Assembly: GCF_006345805.1 (NCBI RefSeq)
Contig: NC_043005.1
Span: 21,142,001-21,206,000 of the forward strand
DNA: 64,000 bases
Direction of reading: 5' to 3'
Source of the DNA: Octopus sinensis
Taxonomy: Eukaryota
The stretch's first letter is position 1; each line of letters starts with the position of its first letter. The notes under the pieces were generated by a model. That model was not told the DNA's origin. It did not search any database and worked only from the letters and a program-made list of their open reading frames with translations. This document shows, piece by piece, positions 1 to 13,350 of the stretch. The translations under genes and the position numbers were made by a program.

Positions 1-209
1 AATTTTTGCAGGTTCCCCTACAAAATTCACCGCAGCTAATCACAAGGTATTCCTCTTCTACATTTGGCAGATAAAATTCAGACAGCCTTAACTGCTAGAG
101 TTTGCAGCTAGACATGTTCACTCAATCGTAACAGGTTTAACTAAAGATGTCAAACATATTGTCACATGCATTTTCAACTTCTTTGTGTGTGTATATATAT
201 GTGTGTGTG

Positions 210-278
<69 letters not shown>

Positions 279-727
279 ATGTTTGTGTGCATGTGTGTGT
301 ATAAAAAATTTATTGTTGATAGCAACAAAAATGTATTTCATCCAGTGAGAGATAAATATCATTTAATATACTCAGTATTAAAATTCAAGCTGCTATTACT
401 TTTATAGTGTGAAAACACCATAATCTGGCAAGCTTGTATAACATGTTGTGTGTTTCTAAACAATCTAGCAGGGCTAGTTATTTTTAAAAAAATAAAAAAA
501 GGATGCTGGTCTTTGAGAAAAAAAATTGAAAAGATGCTGGTATTTGGCAAACATGAAAATTATGAAGAGGAAGATGGCAAATTATGTGTGTGTTTTCCAA
601 AAGAACAGCCATCTGCAATTTTGATGAAATTCGAAACGTAGATATTCCCCTTCATTACAGAAAATATAACAGAAAAGTCTAATTATTTAATTGCATGTAA
701 CATGGGCAATGCTGGGTATCTCTGCTA

Positions 728-770
<43 letters not shown>

Positions 771-879
771 AATATATATACACATATGCATATGTAATGT
801 ATACATATGCATTTTTACATATATATATATAATGTATAGTAAATCCCAAAAAAGAAGAACAACAAACACAAGACAACAA

Positions 880-1045
880 CAATGTGAGGATGTGGTACAT
901 GTAAAGTATTAGAAGAGACTCAGGGAAGGAAAGAAAGATGGTTTAACGTTTTGAACAATGTACTTCTTCAGAAACAGAGGAAAGTCCAATAGAAAGGAAG
1001 ATGGAGGAAGAAAATCACCGAATTCACATGTGGTTACATTTTGAA
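880..1045 (-). repeat. Penelope-type tail repeat (family H3) with a decayed hammerhead-like motif
   Basis: Reverse complement of 36565-36750. The minus strand at 941-975 reads gttt-CTGAAGA-...-AAAA-cg-tt-aaac. Confidence 0.5.
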
Positions 1046-1059
1046 CTGTATAATATATA

Positions 1060-1975
1060 TACATAGTTTACATACGTGGAAGATGCACGGGATCCATAAA
1101 ATCTTTAGAGACATGGGAAATTGATTATCTCAAATGCCCAGGTGACACATTAGAGGTAGTAGATAATTTCTACTAACTAGGGGACCAAATTAGTAGTGGG
1201 GGAGGATGCCCGGAGTGTGTGATAGCTAGAATAAGAATAAGATGGAGGAATTTCAGAGAGTTGTTACTTTGCTGGCTATGAAAGATTTCTCTCCCTAAGT
1301 GAAAGGAAAAATTCATGATGCATGCATATAGACAGCAATTCTACATGGGAGTGAAATGTGGGCTCTAAATGCAGAGGTTAGAAAAGAATGAGCTTAATAT
1401 GCTCCACTAGATGTTTGATGTAAGTGTACATTTGACAGAGTGTTAGTGTTCTGAGAGAGAAGTTAGGCATAAGAAGAATTATTTGCTGTGTGCAAGAGAG
1501 AAGACTTCTGTAGATTGATGGATGCTGACAGCTTCATAAAGAAGTGCTGATCTCTCAAAGTGGATGGAACACATGGATGGAACACACACCCAGAAAGACA
1601 TGGGATGAAGTACTGAAGGACAACTTCAGGAAGCTAAACCTTTCAGGTGAGATGACAAAGGATTGAGATGCCTGGCATCTTGCTATACTCACGAAGACCT
1701 GTGCTCCACAGCAAAATTGTTAAGACCAGTTTCTCTGGTGGTGTAAAGCACTTATGGTGGTGCCATGTGAAAGCACCCATGTGGTGTCATGTAAAAGTGC
1801 CTGTGCAAAGTAAGTAAAAGCGCCTGTACAGTACCATGTAAAAGCACCCAGAACATTTTGTAAAATGATTGATATTAGGAGGAGCATCTAGCCATAGAAT
1901 TCATGCCAAATCAGACTGGTGTCTGGGTGCAGCTTGCCAGCATGGAGAATGGACAGGACATTAAATGATAATGAT
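1060..1975 (+). mobile_element. Degenerate RTE-clade LINE 3' fragment with tail
   Basis: Translates with stops to YLGDQISSGGGC..VIARIRI.W..FREL, matching the C-terminus of ORF 45180..45950. Ends in the gcatggagaatggac...attaaatgataatgat tail. Confidence 0.75.
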
Positions 1976-2213
1976 ATATATATATATATATATTATATGT
2001 ATATATAATATATACATACACACATGTGTGTGCATGCACACACACACATATATATGATGATGTGTATGTAGATACATACATACATACATGTGTATAGTTG
2101 TTTACATATTTCTTTTTCAATACATTTTGTTTTAAATTTGTCATTATCTTCCTATTTTCACCTTCCTCCTAACATATACTTGCCTTGATATCAATTTCTC
2201 TTCTCAATTCCAG

Positions 2214-2384
2214 GTCACCCAATTGTTGACTGTGGACCCTTAAGAAACATTCCTGGTATCATGAGGTCTCGCAATACCACCACCTATAAATCTGAAGTAA
2301 CCTATACTTGTCCAGGAGGGGGAATATCAAAATTAAGATGTGAAGAGGACAATAAATGGGTTCCAATAGTGTCTAGCTGCAAAG
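2214..2384 (+). CDS. Sushi/CCP-like exon S1 (HPIVDCGPLRNIPGIMRSRNTTTYKSEVTYTCPGGGISKLRCEEDNKWVPIVSSCK)
   Basis: ttctcaattccag acceptor and G|gtaat donor; 171 nt, phase 1-1. Four Cys in the CCP pattern C-x-P...V-x-Y-x-C...C-x5-W-x6-C. Not in the ORF track because it is too short. Confidence 0.88.
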
Positions 2385-3499
2385 GTAATATAAATAGGTT
2401 CTCATTGTCTCTAACTCAGTAATTTTGTTTTGATTTTGTTAAGTGTCGCAGAGGAAGAATGGCTGACTTCATGTCAGTTTCCACAGTGTTTGTAGTATGT
2501 GAAAGACAGGGATATTCACAAATTCTTGCAAGGGAGTGAACTTCATTTAAAGAACACAAAAGGTCAGGTAATGTTATTAATCTGGTTGCTGGTTTACGTC
2601 TGCCTCACAAGAACAGAAGCTTGTTCTCTCTAAGAGGCTTCCACATTGTTTCCATTCACCAAATTTAATCTACAGAGCTTTATTGTGAACAAGCTATAAC
2701 CATGCAGCTAGAGATCCTCAAAATACTACATTGTTGAGCTTATTACCACTGCTATATCTCAGCTCATCTTGATAGTTTTTCTCTCAATTTCTAACTTGAC
2801 CTTTCTCATCTACACTTTGTGTCTACATCCAAAATTTTGTACAATATATAGCACTGAATCCTTCTTTACTAGAATTCAGCAATCATCTGGAATTGACCCC
2901 TGAAACTCTAGTGATTTTACATTCCACATTCTAAATTATAATAACGCAAATAATTATAGTGGTTTCTGATTTGGATAAAAAGCCAAAAATTTCTAATAGA
3001 CAGTGTTTCGTTAGTATCATCGACTTTAGTACTTGACTGTTATATTATGTTACCATTATATTATGTTATGTTATATTAAGCTACCCCTCTCAAGAATGAA
3101 AAGAAAAATTGACATTGGATGGGTTTCAAGTGAAAGCTTGAATAAATACCATGAAGCATTTCTTCCAGTTCTGTAACAAGTATACATTTGCACATTTAAA
3201 ATAAAGATGAGAACGATGATGCAATCCTCTGGAATGTAAAAGAATCTTTGTCTAGGATTTTTTGAAGAACCGCACAATCAAAGATCACCATGAACTCCAC
3301 AGTCAAGTGTCCCCTCCAATTAGTATTGTCTGACAGGTTTATGCACTGTAGTTTCTATCCTCCTTTGATTTTTTTTGTCACTTTCATGTCATTTTCAAGA
3401 ATGTTCCCTCAGGATAGTATCTTAATTACCATCCGTACCTTGTTTACAACTGAAAATTTAAAACTATGATGACCAAAAAGGCAAGTCTCTGCCATTAGT

Positions 3500-4600
3500 C
3501 CTTATAACCTCTTCCACATCACAACTTCATTTGCTGTTACTATCCAATAGAGAAAAACTGCCTACTCTCTCTGGTTAAAAGAGAATGTGTGGCAATGATC
3601 ATGGTGGGCTTGACTGATAGCCAGATCTGCACCCCAGACAGTAGCTGCTGTTTGACATGCTGTTTGTTTATGTCAACAATACATAAACAATGGACAAGTG
3701 CTTGCAATATGATTTTGTTACCCTGCACATGCCTTGGACAGGATTATCTGATGATACATCCAGGACTGTAGGCTTTATCTTGGTGCAGTAGAGCCCTTTG
3801 GTAGTGCTACTTAGCTTAGGATTTCAGAAACTTGTATATACTCTCTGAACAAAGTTATCCATTCATATTTGTTGATGCCCTGAGCAACCTTTTATAATGT
3901 CAACACCCTATCCTTCCACTAACACTCTATAGATTGCTAGAGGGAAACAGTCCCTAGTGTCATCAACCAAATTAGTTTTGATCTAGCATATATCTCTTGA
4001 AATCCTTAGAATTACATAGGATAATGTAAATTAAACTTTTACAAGATGGTTGCATTTGATTGAAGAAAATTTTATCAATATTCTGAAAATGCTGGCCGTC
4101 CATGTAGTGGATTCCATAGAGGTTGGCCCACAATAAATTTTGAACTTATTGCAAGTTAGATCTGTCACAGCTGTTGAGTTAATTATATAAAATATTTCTT
4201 CCTATCAAAGATCACAACTGAAATAACTGGTATTGTATGTAAGAGCATTACTTCATATCATAATTTATGTTCTTATTCTTCAAATCCCAAATACATTTAC
4301 TAAGATTAGTAGAATTAATATTTCTCTTAAATTTAAACAAAGAAAAATGATTATATTAAAAACAGTGGAAATTGAACCATGGAGTAAGCAAGTAAGATCC
4401 CCAGCTATAACTATATATTGATATATTAAATTCTTTCTTAAACATTGATTTCTTTGAGGACACTTAAGGGTGTTTCTACATTTACAAAGACATTTACTAT
4501 TGCCTGAGTAGTAACTCCAGTTACAAAGATTAGTGTTAACACTACTCACAAAACTAGGATTAAAACAGGATTCTTATTTGTGTTGTTGTCAATAATATTC
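3500..4600 (-). mobile_element. Ancient Tx1/L1-like LINE relic in the intron after S1
   Basis: ORF 3540..3728 (KIILQALVHCLCIVDI..HVKQQLLSGVQIWL) aligns with the zf-RVT-like region of ORF 6869..7738 (KTVLHALVQCPSIAEIWVYVEQLLSRVGRIRL). IVIAGDL (endonuclease-like) occurs in ORF 4280..4549. Confidence 0.6.
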
Positions 4601-5559
4601 CTAGATAGTATTTTACACGTACTATCAGTTGTGTCAAATACAAGTTAAACTATTTTCCCTAGAATAACATCTAAATCCCTATTAATGTGGACATTGCTAC
4701 TGAGATTACTATTACCATTATTACTACCACTATTATTACTATTGTTATAATTATCATTAATTATATAATTATTAGGACCTCTACAATTACTTTTTCAACC
4801 AGGACAATTACCACTGTAGCTAGTCTCAAAATTAACCTTTATTGCTCCCATCAGGGTTTATTGATTTTAAATTAACATGCTTCCTAATTGTGTGCTGCAG
4901 TAATTTCAGCCAAATTTCTAGTGCTGAATTGGCAAATTTAGCTTTATGATGATTAAATAAATTTTCTTACCTACTGGACATTTGGAAATATTCATCAAGT
5001 GCTACAAAGAATTTCTGAGAAATATTACTAACTATTTGAAATCTGAAATGTGCATTACACTAGATAATATTTTTTGATTTTGCCCTTCTTTCAACTACAT
5101 GTACTTTATTTCTAATATTATCATATGCAAAATTGTTACTATTTTCATAACTCTTATTTTTATTAAGAAAATTACTGGTACTCATATTATAATTGTCAGA
5201 GTACTTGTTTTATGTCAGTACTCTTATGATTATTATTATCATTAATATTTATACTGAACATACATTTGCTATTTTCCTTTACTCTCTATTTTACATGTGT
5301 GTGTGTGTATGTATGTATGTATTATCTAATCAGCACACCCTCTACATCCAGAACCATTTCTCCTGCATTTCTTCCAATCTTAGTTACTGTATCAGGTGCA
5401 GTCTTTGCAAACATTATGTTGGCTAGCTGACCAGTTCACGGAACACCTATGGGACATCTATCCATGTAGAAGCACCTTCATCACCCATCATTTTTGCTCA
5501 GCTAGTCACACCACCTCACACTTCTATTTTCATAATCTTAATAAGAGAAATCAGTGACT

Positions 5560-6136
5560 TTATTCTTGTCAGACAAGGGCAGTTTTAAAAGGTCATTTTG
5601 TGTGTTTGGTAGAATTCTGAGGGGTGTTGTACTTTGAGCTTGTTCCAGATGGTCATGCTGTGAATGCTAACCTTTGTACTCAACAACTGCAGTGAGTATA
5701 TGATACTTTGAAAATCTGCTACCCAGCATTGATCAATCAAAAACACACACCATTACAGCATCACAGTATCCCAGCATACATTGCCAATGTAACCAAGCAC
5801 AAAATTGATGAACTTGAGGGTCTGAAAGTGCTGCATCATCCTGCCTACAGTCCAGACATTGCCTCATCAGATTACTACTTTTTCCAAGCCATGACTCATT
5901 TCCTGTGTGAACAGAGGTTCAACAATGTGAACGAAATTGAAAACTGAGGCTGTTTATTTTTTTGCCTCTAAACCAGCCAAATGGATCAGCGTGGAATTGA
6001 GTTTCCAGCACAATGAAAACAACAGATCACAGAATATAATGGAATATATTGTGATGAATAAATGTTTACCACATATAATTTGTTTGAACTAATATCTAAA
6101 ACTTGACATACAAAAAAACTTTTTGACTCAGCCTGG

Positions 6137-6138
<2 letters not shown>
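5560..6138 (+). mobile_element. Mariner (Mos1-like) transposase 3' relic with right TIR
   Basis: KVILCVW..EG..YFEL followed by HPAYSPDIASSDYYFF (YSPDLAPSD motif). Ends in the TIR-like aactttttgactcagcctggta. Confidence 0.85.
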
Positions 6139-6179
<41 letters not shown>

Positions 6180-6595
6180 TCATCATCATCATCGTTTAAC
6201 GTCCGCTTTCTATGCTAGCATGGGTTGGACATATATATATATATGTATTAGAGAAAACCACAATTATGTAATTCAAACAATGCTTGATGTAAATCATACC
6301 ATATAGAAAAAATAAAATATATGATAAAACATTTACCTAGATCACAATAAAGTATAGTAGGCTTTCCAATTAATCCTAGAAACAAAATCTTTAATACTAT
6401 TAATAAGATTCAAAATATATTCTTTCCTAGATGGTATTGGAATATCCTTCAAAGATGAATTCCAAAATAGCAATTCTATCTTACCTGTAAGTTCCATAAC
6501 AAACGAAAATGAGATTTAAATACACTCATTAGCTATCAATACAATATAATAATAATAATGATAATAATGATAATGATAATAATAATAATAATTAA

Positions 6596-7890
6596 TTCTT
6601 TTTTATTGGCCACAAGGGCTGACACGCATGATTTGAAACATGAAGGGACAAGACAGGACGAATGGTTACAAAGGGTTTTGTCCGTTTTTGAAAAACATTG
6701 AGTAAAAACTTTATAACAACAATTATAAAACAATGAAAAACTCTCAAAAGGGGGAGACGTTTCGAAAAGTTCCTGGTGGAAAAAACCCTACAAAAGCCAA
6801 CGGAAGCCTGGTAAAAAAAGGGGTGTAGAGAGTCCCTTTTTTTCTCCTTTTGTATTACCTTTTTGAAATTACAGGCGAAACCTGAGAACTGGTCCATTTA
6901 TACAGGCCAGTCTCGCACAATTCACCCACCTTTCATAAAACTTGCTATCGGATAGCACTTTCCTCTCTAACCTCATCTTCCTTTTCAAGTGAAACTTGAA
7001 AAAGTTGATGAGGCCTTGACCAAAGAGGAAAGTGTCTGTCTTTAGCCCTTTCAAACGAGTCCACCACACCACCTCTTTCGCCACAGCCACTAGGCACAAG
7101 AGAACGGCCTCGCCCTCCTTGTTAAAGGAGGTCGGCGGGGCAATCTTCACTATGGATTCAGCCAATAGTCGGATCCGTCCTACACGTGACAGTAGCTGTT
7201 CGACATAAACCCATATTTCAGCAATACTTGGGCACTGGACGAGTGCGTGCAGAACGGTTTTGTCGTCCTGGCAACACCTCGGGCAGGCCCGGCTGACGGC
7301 ACTTCCGTGCCGGTAGAGTTTATCTCGAACAGGCAGAGCCCCTTGGTAGCACTGCCAGGCGAGCGACCTCTGGAAATTATCCATCGGCCCCGGCCCAAAA
7401 GTCCTCCTGAACAGACCGCTCAGTTCGTCATCTTCAACGCCTAGAGTTTCCCCGAGAACGTCGTCGCATTTTTCCTCCACTAACCCTCTATAGAATGCTA
7501 GAGTGGAGCTGTAACCGATCGCATTGCCCGCCTGGTGGAGGGCAGAGAGGGCTTGACGGCACTCGAGGTGCCAAGCGCCCTTTCTCGGTCTACGTTTGAT
7601 CCAGGTCTGCAGCTCCGTCAAAGAGACGAGCTGCGGAAAATCGCGTCTGACAAAAGACGACCACACCTGTTCACCGTCTAGGAAGTGCTTGAGATGCCGC
7701 AGCCTGAGCGCATGTCTGCGCAACAGCAACCACGGCATTCCAAGGCCTCCGTTCAGCGGTCATTGACAGCAGATGGATCGCCTGACCAGTGGCACCTGAC
7801 CCTTCCACAAAAAGTCGAAGAGCAGGCGTACCAGCTTGGCCAACCAGCAGTCGGGACAAGGGACGACGGTCAAGTGGTAATAGATGACGG
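6596..7890 (-). mobile_element. 5'-truncated Tx1/L1-like LINE (C-terminal ORF2 with zf-RVT-like CPRC...H...C), relatively young
   Basis: 289-aa ORF 6869..7738 extends upstream past one TGA (LFDFLWKGQVPLVRRSICCQ*PLNGGLGMP). GC-rich. The 3' UTR has AATAAA and then an (ATT)n tail. Confidence 0.88.
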
Positions 7891-7891
7891 G

Positions 7892-7927
<36 letters not shown>

Positions 7928-8007
7928 TTAGGGAGTGTAATTCCAAACTTACAGGGAAAAATTCAATTTAGATTAAATCAAATTTCACAATCTCTCTATA
8001 TATATAT

Positions 8008-8312
8008 CACGTGATCACGTGATCGACCAGGCTATCAGATGTTGCTACACATCGCTGGTCAATGCGCTTCACATTATTTTAGCCTTCAAATGATGCCACC
8101 CCGCTGGCTAAGCAAGCAGGCCAACAGAAGAAAGAGTGAGAGAAAGTTGTGGCGAAAGAGTACAGCAGGGATCGCCACCATCCCCTGCCAGAGCCTCATG
8201 GAGCTATAGGTGTTTTTGCTCAATAAACACTCACAATGCCCGATCTGGGAATCGAAACCATGATCCTACGACCGTGAGTCCGCTGCCCTAACCACTGGGC
8301 CATTGTGCCTCC
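8008..8312 (-). mobile_element. tRNA-derived SINE
   Basis: The minus strand starts ggaggcacaaTGGCCCAGTGGttagggc (A box) ... GGTTTCGATTCC (B box), followed by a non-tRNA body. Confidence 0.8.
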
Positions 8313-8499
8313 ACATATATATATAAAATTAGAGAAAAACCACTATTATGTAATTCAAACCTGTGCTTGACCCACTGTCATATTTTAGATTTTCAACATC
8401 TGGCATAAAGCCACTTACCTCAACCTTCTTACAAATACCTCTTAATAGCAAGAAGTTTTTCTTCTCTTTCCTTCTCTGCCCTTTTCTGTCTTGCAAATT

Positions 8500-8740
8500 G
8501 CATGGCGACTTCACTGGTGCTGGTAACACATAAAAAACACTCATTATACTCTGAAAAGTGGTTGGCATTTGGAAGGACATCTAGTCACAGAAAGATGCCA
8601 ATAAGGATATTGGAGCTTGATACAGACTTGCAGCTCACCAGTTCTTCATCAAACCAGCCTATTCATGCCAGCATGGAAAGTGGACATTAAAAATGATGAT
8701 GATGTTGATGATGATGATGATGACGATGATAATAATGATA
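8500..8740 (+). repeat. RTE-type 3' tail / short non-autonomous element ending in (GAT)n
   Basis: gccagcatggaaagtggacattaaaaatgatgatgat is the same terminus seen at 46240, 33230 and (reverse) 6190, 13840, 35470. Confidence 0.65.
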
Positions 8741-8994
8741 TGTATGTATGTACGTATACTCATGTTCATATACATACATACATACATACATACATACATG
8801 CATGTACATATGCATGTACGTACATACAATCATACATATGTACGTACGTATGTATGTGTTTTTATATCAGTGTGTAAATATCTACAATTTGATTATCTTG
8901 ATATTTATCTATGTAGCATTTTCACTTTCTTCTCTTTTCAACCACCTCTTAACATAAAAGCACCATTGGCACCAATTTCTCCTTTTAGTTTCAG

Positions 8995-9165
8995 ATTATG
9001 TAAAAATTAACTGTGGACGTCCAAAAAAAGTTCTTGGTGCATTGAGTTCCTACACAACCACCAACTTTAAATCTGTAGTGAGCTACACTTGCCCAAAGGG
9101 AGAACAACAAAAGTCGACATGTGAATGGAAGAACAAATGGACTCCTGTTGTGGCAACCTGTAGAG
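8995..9165 (+). CDS. Sushi/CCP-like exon S2 (YVKINCGRPKKVLGALSSYTTTNFKSVVSYTCPKGEQQKSTCEWKNKWTPVVATCR)
   Basis: tttcag acceptor and G|gtaat donor; 171 nt; partly within ORF 9042..9344; same four-Cys/Trp pattern as S1. Confidence 0.88.
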
Positions 9166-10149
9166 GTAATATAAATAGCTCCTCTCCTGTTGTCTATGTC
9201 TATGTAATTTGTTTTATTTTTATGCTAAATGTCACAGTCAGAAGAAGATTAACTGATTCCATGACAATTTCCACATTGTTTGAGGCTAGTGTGAGAGAAA
9301 GAGAAAGCTATCCTCAGACCAGAGACTTCCATAAAATGTATTAATACTACGCAGGGACTAATTAATGCTATTAAATTGGGTGATGGATTAAGTCTGCCAA
9401 CCAAGAGCTGGAAGCATAAAAATTTTATCTCATTAGCCGGCTCCCACATAGTTTCCATTAACCATACACAAAGTTTAATTGTGAAGCAAATTCTTAACTA
9501 TGCAGACAAAACTCCTTCCAATACCTTATTGTAAACTTATTATGTCAATAATTATATCTTAGCTCATCTTGATCAATTTTTCTCTTAATTCCTCTGTTGA
9601 TATTTCACACAAATTCCTTGTGTTACCATCCAAACTCTGTGCAATATCCTGAGTCTTCTTTTTCTAAAACTCTGTAATCCTCTGAAGCAGATTTCTAATG
9701 CTCTTGCTATCTTCCAGTCCACTACCCTTAATTATAATGGTACTAATAATAACAAAAATTCCTCATTTATGCACAAAGACAAGTTTTGATGATAATTGTT
9801 AAGTCAATACCATCAACCTTACAATTTAACTTATACTTTATGTCATGGACCCCAATAAGTATGAAAGGCAAAGTTGATTTTGGTTTGATTTGAACTGATA
9901 TCCAAAAGCATTTGTGATTACATATGATAAAGCATGTCTTCCAGTTCTCCATTTAACATGCATGTATGTTGAAAATAAAGATAAGAATGATAATGCAATC
10001 CTCTTGAAAGGAGAAGGATTTATTCAACCACTCAAACTCATTCACTTTGCAACCTCTTTTACTATTACTACCACAAAGAGGAAATCTGCCTTCTCCCTCT
10101 AGATAAAGGAGGTTGCGGGAAAATCACCTCAATGAACTTCTAGACATCC

Positions 10150-10440
10150 AAATCCATTCCCCATGCATCAGCATCTGACATGATACCAGAAGCTTATTAT
10201 GTGTGGACAATGACTGAGTGAATGCAAAATAACTTTCACTTTACTGCAGGCATCTTGGACAGGCTTGTGTGATGGTATTTCCATGAGTATAGATTTTAAC
10301 TTGGACTAGTAGAGTACCTTGGTACCACAACCATGCCAATAATTTAGCATTCCTTCACAAAAAGTCCTCCAAAGCAAACTTGTCAATTCATTTTCATTGA
10401 TGCTCTGAGCCATCCTAAGTAGGTCAGTGCTCTCTTATAC
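10150..10440 (-). mobile_element. Ancient Tx1/L1-like relic, duplicated copy after S2
   Basis: Homologous to 3640-3900, 39440-39700 and 60190-60390 (tgtggacaatgactgagt...catcttggacaggcttgt...ttggactagtag). Confidence 0.55.
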
Positions 10441-11014
10441 TAAAAGAACAACTAGGGAAAATACACTGGATCATTTCCTGCATGGTAAAGAATTAGTAAT
10501 GTGATTAATTATTTAAAATTTCACCTTAAGTGTGTGGTAAACATTCATTATGTTAATGACTTCTTCTGGTCATGAATTCGGGAGAGACAACATCATAAAG
10601 ACAATTACTTTTGATGAATTAACATTTCTTAGCTAGCTACATTAAGTTTTTAGTGTCCACATTTACTGCATGTTTATATTTATTCACTAGAAGCTGGTAG
10701 AAGTGAAATTACTTTTGTTTTCTAGAGCAACACATGATAAAATCAGTAAAGTCTTACCATAACTAGCCATATTTAGTTACACCCATTTATATTATGGTTT
10801 CAAATCACACATGGATTTACTTTGCTTTTCATAATTCTGAGGCTTGTTATGTTCTAGTTCTAAGATTAATTTATTTTCATGAGTCCTCACTGCAGAATAT
10901 GTGGTCTTGTGTTTAAGTGAGGCACAATTAAAATTGATATTGCTACCATGAGCACAACTTATAATTACTCTTGTCTTTAAGGTTGTGAAAATTGAGTATC
11001 AGACTAAATGTGTT

Positions 11015-11110
11015 ATGGTATTTGTTCTTGCTCTTTAACTTCTGGGATCAACTCCTGCTAATGTTCACTTTGCCCTTCCAGGGTCATTAAAATACAATGC
11101 CATTCAAATG
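11015..11110 (+). repeat. Old SINE fragment just upstream of each PB exon (also about 40845-40935 and 61845-61930)
   Basis: gttcttgctctttaacttctgggatcaactcctgct...ctttgccc recurs before PB1, PB2 and PB3 and resembles the younger SINEs at 33771-34200. Confidence 0.55.
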
Positions 11111-11225
11111 TTGAGGATAATTCAATTTACCAATTATGACCTCAAAGTTATGACTGCCTTTCTGTAAATGATTATTATTATTATTGTTGTTGTTTTCATT
11201 GATCTAAATTTTACTTTAACTCTAG

Positions 11226-11462
11226 ACTCTGAGATCCATTTTGTGAAAGTAGAAAAGGCAATTTTGAATGTAACCACGAAAACATTGTTGAAAGCACATG
11301 CAACATTAGAGGCCTGTGCTAAAAAATGTCTGTCAAGCAAAGTTTGTTTATCATTTGAAATGAATAAACAAAAAGGAGAATGTTACTTATCACAGGAAAC
11401 TGCAGCTTTCTCCAAGAAATTAATGCCAAGTACACACACAGATTACTACCAACGAGTAGAAG
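11226..11462 (+). CDS. PAN/Apple-like exon PB1 (SEIHFVKVEKAILNV...CAKKCLSSKVCLSFEMNKQKGECYLS...DYYQRVE)
   Basis: actctag acceptor and G|gtaatt donor; 237 nt; within ORF 11168..11542; PAN core C-x3-C-x5-C-x2-F...C. Confidence 0.88.
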
Positions 11463-12204
11463 GTAATTATTACTTTTGTTTTAGTATTGGACTTACTGTG
11501 CCTTTTTGGTTTTCGAAAATTGATTCTATTTGTACTTTATAGTGTATTGACAACCATTTCTGTAAAGACATTGACAGGTTAACCTATAAAGACAGCAATA
11601 GATTCTTTCCTGAATAAAATAGAAATGCAATATTAGGAAGTGTAGATACTGTTAGGGCATTCTCATAACAGACTATTCTACAAGGATAGGCTGAAAAGTT
11701 CATAGGAAGGAGCAATGCCAGAGCTCTGAAGTCATGCATGCTTTAATTTGAACTGTTATTAATTTCCAGGTAAACTGATTGCTCAAAGTAAGGAATCCTC
11801 TTTACTTAAATTAAGATTCGACCCAGAAAGCCTAACAAGTGAAACAAACACGTTCAAAGAAGTTACAATTAGTATTTCCAAAATATGATACTTCATAGCT
11901 GGAATTACTAAAAGAATATCCAATTCATCCTCAAGAAGACATAGTTTTACCTAGATTTTTTTTTATAGTCCAGCGTGTTTGCTTGGATTGGCATCAGTAA
12001 GAAGTTTGTATAAACCAAGCATCCCTCATACTAGAAGAGAATTAGGGAAATAAAATAACTTGATGAACATAGCTAGGAACATTTTATCCTTCATTAGACA
12101 CCATTTCTCAGACCTACACAAGTATCACATGCTTATGAATGTGCATGGTGTTAGTTCGTTACTCCTGTTTAGATTGCATGATTTCCAGCAATATAAGTTA
12201 CATT

Positions 12205-13350
12205 ATCATCATCATTTAACGTCCATTTCCAATACTAGCATATGTTGGATGATTTGACTTGGAGTGACCAGTTGGAGAGCTGTCAAGACTCCAGTTTTCT
12301 GTTTCCACACAGTTTCTATGGCTGGATGCTCTTCTTAATGCCAGACACTTTACAGAGTGAGCTGGGTGCATTTTACACACCACTGGCATCGGTGTTTTTA
12401 TGCAGCTCTGGCATAAGTACAATTTATGTGGCATCAGCACCTGTGAGTGACTAGCTTGTATGTATGAATGATAGTGATTTTATTTAATGTGACATGTCTT
12501 CTCAAGTGCAGTAAATCATCAGAACTCCTGGTCCCTTGTCATTTCCTCAGTGAGGACCAGCATCTGAAGTTCTTTTCTCAACACTTCATTCCATGTCTTC
12601 CTGGGTTCGCCCCACAATTAGAGCTCAGCTCTTCTTTATGCAGCTGTCCTCATCCATACACATCACATGACCATACTAGTGCAGTCTTCTCACTTGCACA
12701 CAACATGTGATGACTCATACTCAGTTTTCCTCTTAAATCATTTACACTTTGTCATGCATGCACTCTGACATTATCCATCCAGCAGAGCATGCTAACTTCA
12801 TTTCTTTCCAGCATTTACAAGTCTTCTGTAGTCAAAACCAATGTTTCACTGCCATATAGCATAGCTGTACATAAACGGGTATCATACAATCTGCCTTTTA
12901 CTCTGAGGGAGAGACTCTTAGTTACCAATAAAGGTAGTTCTTATTCCAGCAACTACACTTTCAGAACTTCCTCCTCCACTGCTAACTTGGTTGCTTAGAT
13001 AAGAGATGTATGGAGTTTCTACCAACACCCATCTTATAAATCGAACAAGTTATCTCCCTGAAGAGACTTGTGATTTGTCTGTTCTCCTACTTACTAGGAT
13101 TTTGGTTTTTGGGTCTACATTAGGCACACTCTCCTTCTGCTGTGCCTTCAAGAATTTCTCAATGGGTGGTGAAGGTTCATTTTCTTTACATGATAGTATT
13201 TAAATCTTTCCTGGCACCTTATCTATCAAAGGACCCACTCATAAGTACTTTTATCCATCCAGCTTATTCTGCGAATAAGTCAAGTACATTTCCCTTTACC
13301 TTTTATCAATTGTCTTTATAATTCAGTATTCAGCTCCATAAGTGATTGTA
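12205..13350 (-). mobile_element. Degenerate RTE-clade LINE 3' fragment
   Basis: catcatcatttaacgtccatttcc tail, plus RT C-terminal sequence similar to 14600-15000 with deletions. Confidence 0.7.

Noticed and set aside
137-900. ORFs rich in IY/YI/CV/HT repeats (also near 20239, 21486, 26539-26840, 27905, 54616)
   Set aside because: Translations of (TA)n, (TG)n and (CA)n microsatellites; no coding features.
8230-8312. tRNA gene candidates (also 49250-49312 and 54345-54420)
   Set aside because: They have A/B boxes but no complete cloverleaf, and they continue into SINE bodies.
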